Below the pieces are notes generated by a model. That model saw only the letters and a program-made list of their open reading frames with translations. It searched no databases and was not told the origin of the DNA. 64,000 nucleotides of DNA from Geopsychrobacteraceae bacterium (GTDB lineage: Bacteria; Desulfobacterota; Desulfuromonadia; Desulfuromonadales; Geopsychrobacteraceae): the NCBI GenBank assembly GCA_963662315.1, contig OY759353.1, forward strand, positions 1,056,001-1,120,000, in the 5' to 3' direction. The translations under genes were made by a program, and so were the position numbers. Below, piece after piece: positions 51,627-60,058 of this stretch (position 1 is the first letter of the stretch; every line of letters starts with the position of its first letter).

Positions 51627-52543
51627 CTGACCACACGTTAAACAGCATAAAAGATCTACCGGTAAGGCATCTGCTGGGGACCGGTACAGTCATGTGCGCT
51701 GGTTGCGGCGGTCTGGAAGCAATCCACGAAACCTATAATCTGCTGGGGAGCAAAACTGTTTTTATTAACGCGGCAGGATGCATGACCATGCTGGCTGCTT
51801 ACCCCTATACGCCATTTCCTGGCTCATGGCTCTACACTGCAATGGCAGCAGCGCCAGCAGCAGCCCAGGGAGTACGTGATGCCTTGGATATCTGTATCGA
51901 CAAAGGTCGGATATCAAAGGCGAATGATTTAATCCCTGTGGTTTTAACCGGAGATGGTGTTGCCAATGGAATTGGTCTTAACGCCACATCCGGCGCTCTC
52001 GACCGCAACCTGGATTTTATCTATTTATGCTATGACAACGAAGGCTACGGCAATACCGGGCAGCAATCTTCTGCAGCAACGCCCTATGCAGCAAAAACAT
52101 CGACCAGCACAGGACCAGTAGGTTATTCAGGAAAGAAAAAGGATCTGTTTGCGATCTGGATGGCCCATAAACCGTCCTATATCGCCACTGTCATCGGAGC
52201 TGAACCGCTCGATCTGGCCCGCAAGATAAACAAAGCACGCACGCTTAAGGGACCACGCCTGATTCTGGCCCTCGCCCCCTGTCCCACCGGATGGGGTTTT
52301 GCGCCTTCAGAGACGGTGGCCATCGGGAAACTGGCCGTACAGACCGGAATCTGGCCGTTAAAGGAATACTGTGACGGTCAGCTTGTTCATACCAAAATTC
52401 CTAAACAACGCTTACCCGTGGAAGAGTACTTGAGAACCCAGAACCGTTTTGATCATCTTTTCTCTCCAACTGTGCAGAGTGATCAGCTCGCCATGATTCA
52501 AAGCCACGTTGATTGTTACTGGCAGGAACTTGAAAACAAGTAA
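51623..52543 (+). CDS. 2-oxoacid:ferredoxin oxidoreductase beta (TPP-binding) subunit
   Basis: CAGCG, GDG...YDNEGYGNTG, PCPTGW. Confidence 0.92.
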   Translation: MTDHTLNSIKDLPVRHLLGTGTVMCAGCGGLEAIHETYNLLGSKTVFINAAGCMTMLAAYPYTPFPGSWLYTAMAAAPAAAQGVRDALDICIDKGRISKANDLIPVVLTGDGVANGIGLNATSGALDRNLDFIYLCYDNEGYGNTGQQSSAATPYAAKTSTSTGPVGYSGKKKDLFAIWMAHKPSYIATVIGAEPLDLARKINKARTLKGPRLILALAPCPTGWGFAPSETVAIGKLAVQTGIWPLKEYCDGQLVHTKIPKQRLPVEEYLRTQNRFDHLFSPTVQSDQLAMIQSHVDCYWQELENK

Positions 52544-52587
52544 AGACCGGTCTCCCACGGCGTGTACCGGAAGTTCGGTCAGAAATG

Positions 52588-52695
52588 AAAAAAATACCCC
52601 GCTCCGGAGGAGGTAGGAACGGGGTCAATTGTCCATTGATTGATGGACTGGAGAAAGTGGACTTGGAAATTTCTAAAACCTCCAACAATCCTGAT
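52588..52695 (-). ncRNA. Candidate sigma54-dependent small RNA with three hairpins and an anti-SD terminator loop
   Basis: -24/-12 promoter upstream; hairpins at 52663-52685, 52631-52648 and 52596-52625; U7 tail; no plausible ORF. Confidence 0.7.
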
Positions 52696-52705
52696 CGTTT
52701 ACCTG

Positions 52706-52722
52706 AGCAAAACTGATACCAA
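52706..52722 (-). promoter_or_regulatory. sigma54 (-24/-12) promoter
   Basis: TTGGTATCAGTTTTGCT: GG-N10-GC, close to TGGCAC-N5-TTGCW. Confidence 0.75.
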
Positions 52723-52803
52723 AATTAAAACAGGCGATATATTTTGAATAAAGACCATTTTTCGGGACTTTGTTATTTCAAAAAATTAATTCAAATAATT
52801 ATC

Positions 52804-52851
52804 GGTCAACAAATCCGTAAAAAACTGGTCAAATATGGCTATTTTTGACCA
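52804..52851. promoter_or_regulatory. Candidate enhancer (UAS) for the adjacent NtrC-family activator
   Basis: TGGTCAAA-N10-TTTGACCA (52826-52851) plus extra GGTCAA half-site (52804-52809), ~110-155 bp upstream of the predicted start. Confidence 0.55.
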
Positions 52852-52921
52852 CAAAACAGAGCCCCGGATTCTATCTAAGCGAAGAAAAAATCCCCGAAAA
52901 GGTGGCCACTCTGCAAAAGCG

Positions 52922-54289
52922 CTATTCTGAAGCAATCTGATATTTTTCCAGCTTATACCGCAACGTCCCTCTTGGCGTATTAAGAATCCGTGCTGTTTTA
53001 GCGACATTCCCGCCAGAGATAACATAGGCCTTCGCTAACAGATCCTTTTCAACCTGACACATAACATCATCAAGAACAATTCCCTCAGGCGGAATGTCGT
53101 AACTGATAGGCAGTTCACTTTGCGGTTCTTCACCCCATATTTCGCGAGGCAAATGTTGGGGCTCTATCATCTGCACGTTATACATGATGCAGATTCGCTC
53201 AACAACATTACGCAATTCACGGACATTACCCGGCCAGTGATAGCGCTCTAGAAGATCGAGCGCCTCCTTGCTGAAGCCACGCATTGACTTATTGAATTCC
53301 TTGCTGAAACGTTGCAGGAAATGCTCAAGTAAAATGGCCACATCTTCCCGCCGTTCCCGCAAAGGGGGAATATGAATGGGAAAAACATTAAGTCGATAAT
53401 ACAGATCTTCACGGAAAGCTTTATTTTCAATAGCGGTCTTCAGATCGGCGTTGGTCGCTGCGATAATTCTGACATTAATATCAATATTACGATTGCCTCC
53501 AAGACGCCGCAAACGCCGATCTTCAAGAACACGCAGAAGTTTCACTTGCAGGCTTAAATCCATTTCGCCAACTTCGTCAAGAAACACAGTGCCACGATCA
53601 GCTTGTTCAAACAGGCCTATTTTTCTATTTTTTGCATCGGTAAAGGCGCCCCGCTCATGACCAAACAATTCGGTTTCAAGCAGATTAAAGGGCAAAGACC
53701 CACAGTTTATTTCGACAAAAGCCTGATCACCACGTACCGACAAATTATGGATAGCGCGTGCCACCAGCTCTTTACCGGTGCCACTGTCGCCAGTAATCAG
53801 GACCGTAGCGGTTTCATGCTTGGCAACTTCTCGAATCTGATGAAAAATTTGTAGCAACGCCGGACTGTTGCCAACCATATTAATCCCTTCACCATCTTTG
53901 GAAAGATGCCGGACTTGGCGCCGCAATTTTTGTGTCTCAAGTGCCAATTTGACAATCAGATGAATAGCGTCAGCTTTAAATGGTTTTTTAATGTAATCAT
54001 AGGCACCAATTTTAAGTGCTTCAACAGCACTTTCCACGGTTCCGTATCCGGTAATAATAATCACCAGTATTTCAGGATCAACTTCACGCATAGCGCGCAG
54101 AACATCAAGGCCACTGCTGTTACCCAGATTCAAATCAAGCAGAACCAGGCCGATCTCCTCCTCGGCAACGATCTGAATAGCATCCTCAGGGGAATCTGTC
54201 GATAAGGTTCGATACCCATCTTCGGCAAGGATGCGCTCCAAATTTTCCCTGATAAATATTTCATCATCGACAATCAGAATTTTTTCCAT
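52922..54289 (-). CDS. sigma54-dependent response regulator (NtrC family: REC-AAA+-Fis HTH)
   Basis: GDSGTGKE, ELFGHERGAFTDA, WPGNVRELRN. Confidence 0.95.
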   Translation of the reverse strand: MEKILIVDDEIFIRENLERILAEDGYRTLSTDSPEDAIQIVAEEEIGLVLLDLNLGNSSGLDVLRAMREVDPEILVIIITGYGTVESAVEALKIGAYDYIKKPFKADAIHLIVKLALETQKLRRQVRHLSKDGEGINMVGNSPALLQIFHQIREVAKHETATVLITGDSGTGKELVARAIHNLSVRGDQAFVEINCGSLPFNLLETELFGHERGAFTDAKNRKIGLFEQADRGTVFLDEVGEMDLSLQVKLLRVLEDRRLRRLGGNRNIDINVRIIAATNADLKTAIENKAFREDLYYRLNVFPIHIPPLRERREDVAILLEHFLQRFSKEFNKSMRGFSKEALDLLERYHWPGNVRELRNVVERICIMYNVQMIEPQHLPREIWGEEPQSELPISYDIPPEGIVLDDVMCQVEKDLLAKAYVISGGNVAKTARILNTPRGTLRYKLEKYQIASE

Positions 54290-54447
54290 AACAATTTTGA
54301 AACCTCCGGAAGGCTACTAGCAGTGGAACGGTCTTGCAAAACCGGGGCCGCTGAACAAAAAGGACCATGCGCCTAATAGGACAAGAATCAGAATATACCG
54401 GCAGGAAATCAGGACTTCAAGAAAAATGGTGAATTTTAGCCACCTAG

Positions 54448-56985
54448 TCAAGATAGCCTTGGATGGCAATCCATGTTGTGACGAATCGGCAGAGAAATGG
54501 TCACATCGGTCCCTTCGCCCTCTTGGCTATTGATATCTATGGAACCACCATGATCGGATATAATGTTGTAACTGATAGCAAGACCAAGCCCCGTCCCCTG
54601 CCCTTTGCTGGTAAAGAAGGGTTCAAATACCAGAGGCAGTCGCTGTGCGGAGATACCACAACCAGTGTCAGAGACATGAATGACAATATGGCGTTCACGG
54701 CGACTCGCGCTAATTGTCAGTTCACCACCCTCAGCCATCGCATCAAGAGCATTATTACACAGATTAAGCATCACCTGTTTGAGTCGGTCCCCGTCAATTA
54801 AAATTTCCGGAAGATCAGGAGCAATGGTGACTGTAAGGGCGACTTTCTGACGCTGGCACTGTTTTTTCAACAGAAACAACGAATCGTGAATGACCTGATC
54901 GATACGTCCGTTGGCAAGCTGCGGTTCCGGCATGGATGCGAAATGCAGCATTTCATTGACCAGCCCCTCAAGTCGCTCGATTTCACCAAGTGCCCTGCGA
55001 ATTAACAATTGGTCGGTCTCGTGTCCAAGCAGACGGTCGTGAAGTTCATCCAACAGCAGACTGACACCTGTTAATGGATTACGCACCTCATGGGCAATAC
55101 CTGCGGACATACGACCCAGCGAAGCAAGCCGGTCCATTCGCGCTATCTGCTGGCGCATATTCACCCGCTCAGTAATATCTTCGATAATTAACAGCCATCC
55201 TGATTGCTGGCGAAAACTTAATGGGCACAATGCCATACGATAGGTCAGATTACGCCCATTGCGTTCGGGAGTGACATAGGTCCGATACGTTTCTGAAGGA
55301 TCTTGTTGCGCCTTCGCCAACCAAACTTCAAGAACAGCGAGAACCTCAGGCCAACTGTCCAGCAGGGTACGCCAGTCACTGTCTTTATCCGGAAGATCTA
55401 TATGCAGAACCTGGCACGCCGTGCCATTGGCCGAGGTCAGATGGCACTCACGATCGAAGGTGAGTAATCCGATATCGATATTATCAAAGACCGTATTTTT
55501 AAAGTTTCTCTCCCGAATAATCTCACGCCGAGACTGCCTTAAGGCGCGCAACGTCTTCTGCAGACGCTGACTGCGACCATTCAATTCTTCAACCATTGCA
55601 TTAAATGATTCAGCCAAAACACCTACTTCATCAGATGTTTTCGCTTCAACCTTGATCTGAGTTACAGAATCACCGTTGATCATTTTCCTGGTCCCTTCGG
55701 TCAGAGACAAAACCGGTCGGACAATACTGTTGGATAAGATAAAGGCAACACCGGTAACAAAAACAACGGTCAAAGATATAACAAACCAGGACTCCATCAG
55801 ATAGCTGCTGATTTCCCGTTTGATGAGTTCCGAGGTCGCAAGTGCAGGTTGGTGAAACTGGGCAATTTCAGCACCGATGGTAATACCACCAAAGACACCA
55901 TGGCGTTGATAATCCCCTCTGCGGTAGATAATCGGCGCATAGGCCATAATTTTATTGGACCCGCCAATATTTGTCGTGTCTACGACACCAGACATTTTAT
56001 TCAACACACGCCCCGCAGCTTTGGGGTAATTGGGGTGCACAAACCCGGCAGCAAGCAGATTGAAAGGGATTCGACCCGCCTTGATCGTTGCAGCAGAAGA
56101 ATCTTCAGTGTAGGCGGGGACCAGGGTGCCGTCCGGGTCAAAGCCTCTGATGTCCCAGTATTTTGGATGCACGATGGTCCAGCCTTCATCATCAAACATA
56201 AAAGCGTAATTACCACTGGCATATGACGGAAAAACCACGTCTGCGTCACCTACTGGATTAATGTGCTGGGTAAATTCCATAAGATGTCTGTGATCCAGGG
56301 ACAAAACAACGACCCCAATCAGCTTGTCATGCCGGTACAGAGGTGAAGAAAAGCGGATTACACCCCGATAAGGGGTTCCCTGGACCGCCGCTAAAGGGGT
56401 TTCTGCCCCCTGCAGCTGTTCATCGCGGCTGACATACCAGCCTTGGAGATGAGACACCCAGATATCACCAGGAGACAGCCTGATAGCATTCTGGAAATAG
56501 GATTCGGTTTTGTAAGTCGTTTGTGCAGGATCGCTGACATCCCGCAACAGCGCTGAGGGGCGTCCATCAATGATACGAATCAGCTCCTGACCGGTAACAT
56601 CAATAAAGGCCAGTTCACTGTAAAGAAGGGTTTTCTCTCGAACCTCTACGGGCTCTTGATTGGTTCCGCTGCGGAACCAGATATCACGTTGATGAGCCCA
56701 GGTAAAATCAAGATAGTTTTGCTGGGTCGGCTCCAGCAAACTCAAATCAATAAGGTCCCCTTCCACCTCATTCAAAAAGGAGGACACCTGGTTGGCAACC
56801 ATTTTTGCCCGTTGTTCCAGGGTGCCTGCCGCCTGGTTATCAAGAGCCTGGGTCGCACGTTCCCTGAGCAGTTGTTCAACCAGCCCTAGGCTGTGCTGAG
56901 AATTAAACAGCAGCAAGCCTAAAGGGAGTAACGACAACAGTAAAAAGGCACCCAGAACTTTTTTATGAAGATTGATACGAAACAT
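54448..56985 (-). CDS. Sensor histidine kinase (periplasmic Cache-like domain, HAMP, PAS, HisKA)
   Basis: Two TM segments, [31 protein letters not shown]. Confidence 0.92.
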   Translation of the reverse strand: MFRINLHKKVLGAFLLLSLLPLGLLLFNSQHSLGLVEQLLRERATQALDNQAAGTLEQRAKMVANQVSSFLNEVEGDLIDLSLLEPTQQNYLDFTWAHQRDIWFRSGTNQEPVEVREKTLLYSELAFIDVTGQELIRIIDGRPSALLRDVSDPAQTTYKTESYFQNAIRLSPGDIWVSHLQGWYVSRDEQLQGAETPLAAVQGTPYRGVIRFSSPLYRHDKLIGVVVLSLDHRHLMEFTQHINPVGDADVVFPSYASGNYAFMFDDEGWTIVHPKYWDIRGFDPDGTLVPAYTEDSSAATIKAGRIPFNLLAAGFVHPNYPKAAGRVLNKMSGVVDTTNIGGSNKIMAYAPIIYRRGDYQRHGVFGGITIGAEIAQFHQPALATSELIKREISSYLMESWFVISLTVVFVTGVAFILSNSIVRPVLSLTEGTRKMINGDSVTQIKVEAKTSDEVGVLAESFNAMVEELNGRSQRLQKTLRALRQSRREIIRERNFKNTVFDNIDIGLLTFDRECHLTSANGTACQVLHIDLPDKDSDWRTLLDSWPEVLAVLEVWLAKAQQDPSETYRTYVTPERNGRNLTYRMALCPLSFRQQSGWLLIIEDITERVNMRQQIARMDRLASLGRMSAGIAHEVRNPLTGVSLLLDELHDRLLGHETDQLLIRRALGEIERLEGLVNEMLHFASMPEPQLANGRIDQVIHDSLFLLKKQCQRQKVALTVTIAPDLPEILIDGDRLKQVMLNLCNNALDAMAEGGELTISASRRERHIVIHVSDTGCGISAQRLPLVFEPFFTSKGQGTGLGLAISYNIISDHGGSIDINSQEGEGTDVTISLPIRHNMDCHPRLS

Positions 56986-57169
56986 GAAGGGATTATAGCG
57001 AAATTGCTGCCAACAACAAGAATATTAGCAGTAAAGGCTTAACTGTTAGTGGTGTTCAGATCAATTAACCACCGACAAGAGTTCCCCTGGATAATGCCAC
57101 CCAGGAGAACATCATCAAAAGCAAGAAAAAATAAGACCACCCAACATCAAATGTCGGTACTGACAAAAT

Positions 57170-58138
57170 TTATTTGTTACGAGCGACGACATAATCAGCC
57201 AGGGAACAAAGAGCTGTCTTGGTCTCAGAAGGAGGAAAGATATCAAGTAACTGCTTGGCCGCATCGATGCGTTGCGCCGCTTTGTCGCGGGTATAGATAA
57301 TACCGTCATAGTGATCAATCAGCTGGCACACGTAATCGAGGTCTGCGGGCAATAGCTCTTCAGCATCAACCACACGGGCGATTTCAGCACGTTCATCATC
57401 GCCACAGGCCTCATAGGTATGGATCAAAGGCAGGGTCATCTTCCCTTCATACAGATCATGACCTCGTTCTTTACCAAATTCAGCCTGATCGGCAACATAA
57501 TCGAGAGCGTCATCCATTAACTGGAAGGCCGTACCAATTTCAAGCCCAAACTCGCGCAGAGCCTCTTCTTGAGCATCGGTCGCCCCCGCAAGAATAGCCC
57601 CGACCTGACATGCTGCAGCAATAAGGATGGCTGTTTTATCCCGAACCACCTGCAAATAACGATTTTCATCAACATCAAGATCGCAAGTGTTAATCAACTG
57701 CAAGATTTCGCCTTCAGCCAGTTGTGTCGTTGTGTCGGATAATATTTTCAGAATCCGCAGATTCTCCGAATTCACCATCATTGAAAAGGACCGGGCGAAC
57801 AGAAAATCTCCGACTAACACGGAAGCCTGATTTCCCCACACCGAATTAGCCGAACGGTTTCCGCGTCTTAAACTGGCACTGTCAACAACATCATCATGCA
57901 ACAGGGTCGCCGTGTGAATAAACTCAACGACAGCGGCAAGTTCGACATGCTTATCACCCTGGTAGTTGCAGAGCCGGGCGCTGAGCAGAAGCAGCATCGG
58001 CCGAAAACGCTTTCCCCCACTAGAGAGGATGTAACGGCCGACCTGACCAATCAATTCAACACCGGAAGTCAGATTCTTGGTAAACTCAGCCTCAACGGCC
58101 TGCATATCATCTTTCAACAATGAAGTAACAGATTCCAT
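57170..58138 (-). CDS. ispB: Octaprenyl/polyprenyl diphosphate synthase
   Basis: GGKRFRP, LLHDDVVD, FQLMDDALD. Confidence 0.92.
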   Translation of the reverse strand: MESVTSLLKDDMQAVEAEFTKNLTSGVELIGQVGRYILSSGGKRFRPMLLLLSARLCNYQGDKHVELAAVVEFIHTATLLHDDVVDSASLRRGNRSANSVWGNQASVLVGDFLFARSFSMMVNSENLRILKILSDTTTQLAEGEILQLINTCDLDVDENRYLQVVRDKTAILIAAACQVGAILAGATDAQEEALREFGLEIGTAFQLMDDALDYVADQAEFGKERGHDLYEGKMTLPLIHTYEACGDDERAEIARVVDAEELLPADLDYVCQLIDHYDGIIYTRDKAAQRIDAAKQLLDIFPPSETKTALCSLADYVVARNK

Positions 58139-58465
58139 ATTATTCAGTTTCCAGGGTATCGAAAAAAAGAGGATGCCAGAGCATCAGCCCATAAAACTAC
58201 AACACATCGGTCCGGAACGAACCGGAATAAACATTTTTTGTCAGCTACAAAAAACCGACTCTCCCCCTCGATCAAGACAAACTGCTATTTCCAGACATAT
58301 TTTCTTAATTTCATCTCATTTTATTGAGCAGTAAGCGAGAAAAATGGCGCATTGTCCAGACTGCAAAACAGCCGCGTCATTCTAGAAACCACCCAAGAGG
58401 ATGTCAAAACCTTTTTCTAAAAATAACCATCTTTACATTGCAAGCCACTTTATAAAAATTATCAC

Positions 58466-59389
58466 TCATTCGGTTTTAAAAGGAATGAACTTTTCCTGGT
58501 TCATATCCCAGCGATAATGTCCAGCCTCCCACAATTGTTCAAGTTGATCCCAACCAACCAGCTCATCTCCTGCTTCTTCAGCATAATCAGAAACACTCAG
58601 AATTTCCATATCATCAATGATATTGTTACCATCACTATCAGCCCAATGGTAAGGAGCGATTTTCAGTTGTCCAATCGAAGGGATCTCAATCTGAGACTGA
58701 CGACCGCTGTAATTAGCCACCAAACTACCTGAAACAGGCACCTTGCCAGATGCTTCGACAACACTGGCAACCCTTAAACGGTAATAAATATTTTTGTCTC
58801 GGGGAGAATGTTTAAATATCCAGCGCACGACACCATGCGCGTTGTCCACTTTTGACGCTTCAGGAAAGCTCCCCTCTAACTGCCATCCCGCTGGTATCTC
58901 TTCTTTGAGGATAACTTTCATAGATTCTTCCGATTCAACCTGAACCCTGATCAGGACAGAGGCGCCAGGCGCAGCGTAAGCAGGTAGATAACGAAGAACC
59001 GTGATTGGAACAGGCAAAAATAGCTTGAGATAAAACAGTACGCCTGCGCCGACCAGAACAACCAGACACCCCGCAATGATGATAGTTTTTTTTAAACTTG
59101 ATCGTTTAACGTCACCATCCGCTTCGTTACCAGCGATGTCCACTATGCTGTCGCGGGCTTTGAGGATCCGTTCCAATTCAACGTCTAAAGCTTCAGCCAG
59201 CTTGAGAGCATTATCTTTACGAATAGTAGGGTAACGGTTATTTTCCCACCGAGACACCGTATCGGTTGTCACCCCAACCACATTTGATACATACAACTGA
59301 GTTAAGCGCTTTTCTTCGCGAATCCGCCGGATAGCTTCACTATCAATTTCAACTCCAGCCTGATTACTCAAATCATGAGTGTCACTCAT
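58466..59389 (-). CDS. Membrane-anchored XRE-family HTH protein with an extracytoplasmic beta-rich domain and an EF-hand/dockerin-like motif
   Basis: HTH (LTQ...VGVTTDTVSRWEN), one TM segment, DSDGNNIIDDME motif. Confidence 0.8.
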   Translation of the reverse strand: MSDTHDLSNQAGVEIDSEAIRRIREEKRLTQLYVSNVVGVTTDTVSRWENNRYPTIRKDNALKLAEALDVELERILKARDSIVDIAGNEADGDVKRSSLKKTIIIAGCLVVLVGAGVLFYLKLFLPVPITVLRYLPAYAAPGASVLIRVQVESEESMKVILKEEIPAGWQLEGSFPEASKVDNAHGVVRWIFKHSPRDKNIYYRLRVASVVEASGKVPVSGSLVANYSGRQSQIEIPSIGQLKIAPYHWADSDGNNIIDDMEILSVSDYAEEAGDELVGWDQLEQLWEAGHYRWDMNQEKFIPFKTE

Positions 59390-59441
59390 ATAAAAAAACC
59401 TAGCCGATTTTTAACAAAGTACTGAAAACCCTTGTAATCAA

Positions 59442-59465
59442 ATAGACATCAACACTGATGTCTAT
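59442..59465. promoter_or_regulatory. Perfect palindrome, candidate operator between the divergent XRE and cytochrome c3 genes
   Basis: ATAGACATCA-ACAC-TGATGTCTAT. Confidence 0.55.
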
Positions 59466-59544
59466 AGATGTCGTGTGAAAAATGGGTAAAAAAGTGCCAT
59501 TCTTCAGAACAGATCACATCTGCCAATATAAAAAAGGAGGCGCT

Positions 59545-59856
59545 ATGAAAATCGGACTCTATTTCTTCCTGCTGCTCACAACCACTATATCGCCGGCTTA
59601 TGCTGATTTGGGAACCCCACCTTCAAAAGTTACTTTAAGCAACAAGAGGGGTGCTGTAATATTTTACCATCAACGCCATCACGACTTAGCCTGTCAATCC
59701 TGCCATCATACAGGAAAATTAGAAAAATGCAGCCTTTGTCATGGCGTACAGCCACTGGCACCTGCCGTTAAGAAGATGTTTCACACATTGTGTAAAGACT
59801 GTCATGCAAAATCAGAAGCTGCGCCAACAAAGTGCAGAGACTGCCATCAGAAATAA
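59545..59856 (+). CDS. Periplasmic tetraheme cytochrome c3-type protein
   Basis: Signal peptide; four CxxCH (CQSCH, CSLCH, CKDCH, CRDCH); RBS AAGGAGG. Confidence 0.9.
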   Translation: MKIGLYFFLLLTTTISPAYADLGTPPSKVTLSNKRGAVIFYHQRHHDLACQSCHHTGKLEKCSLCHGVQPLAPAVKKMFHTLCKDCHAKSEAAPTKCRDCHQK

Positions 59857-59880
59857 AATTAATTTAATTTAAAAAATTAA

Positions 59881-59909
59881 TTGACTCTAACGAAAGATTG
59901 ATTTATAGT
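59881..59909 (+). promoter_or_regulatory. sigma70 promoter with AT-rich UP element
   Basis: TTGACT-N17-TATAGT preceded by an A/T-only tract. Confidence 0.75.
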
Positions 59910-59915
59910 TTTTTT

Positions 59916-59985
59916 AACGAGAAAATAAAGCTCTCAAAACGATTTTTACCCCGTGTTCTACCTCCTGACACGGGGTCATTTTTTT
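59916..59985 (+). ncRNA. Candidate ~70 nt small RNA with an anti-SD terminator loop
   Basis: Promoter directly upstream; stem ACCCCGTGTT/GACACGGGGT, loop CTACCTCCT, T7 tail; no ORF between promoter and terminator. Confidence 0.65.
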
Positions 59986-60058
59986 GTTCCCCCTCTTGTA
60001 TCCATTCCTGTTGGTCATCGATAATAAAAAAATATGCCTACCATCAGGGAGGATCATC

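Noticed and set aside
52401..52688. 95 aa minus-strand ORF over the sRNA candidate
   Set aside because: No RBS, runs through the terminator hairpin into the convergent OFOR beta gene, and has no motifs
54324..54338. Second sigma54 promoter TGGAACGGTCTTGCA
   Set aside because: GG-GC spacing is 9 rather than the required 10, and it faces away from the local genes
59984..60058. N-terminal extension of YyaL given in the ORF track
   Set aside because: Family-like sequence begins at TTG 60059, which has a GGAGG RBS; the extension starts inside the terminator T-run
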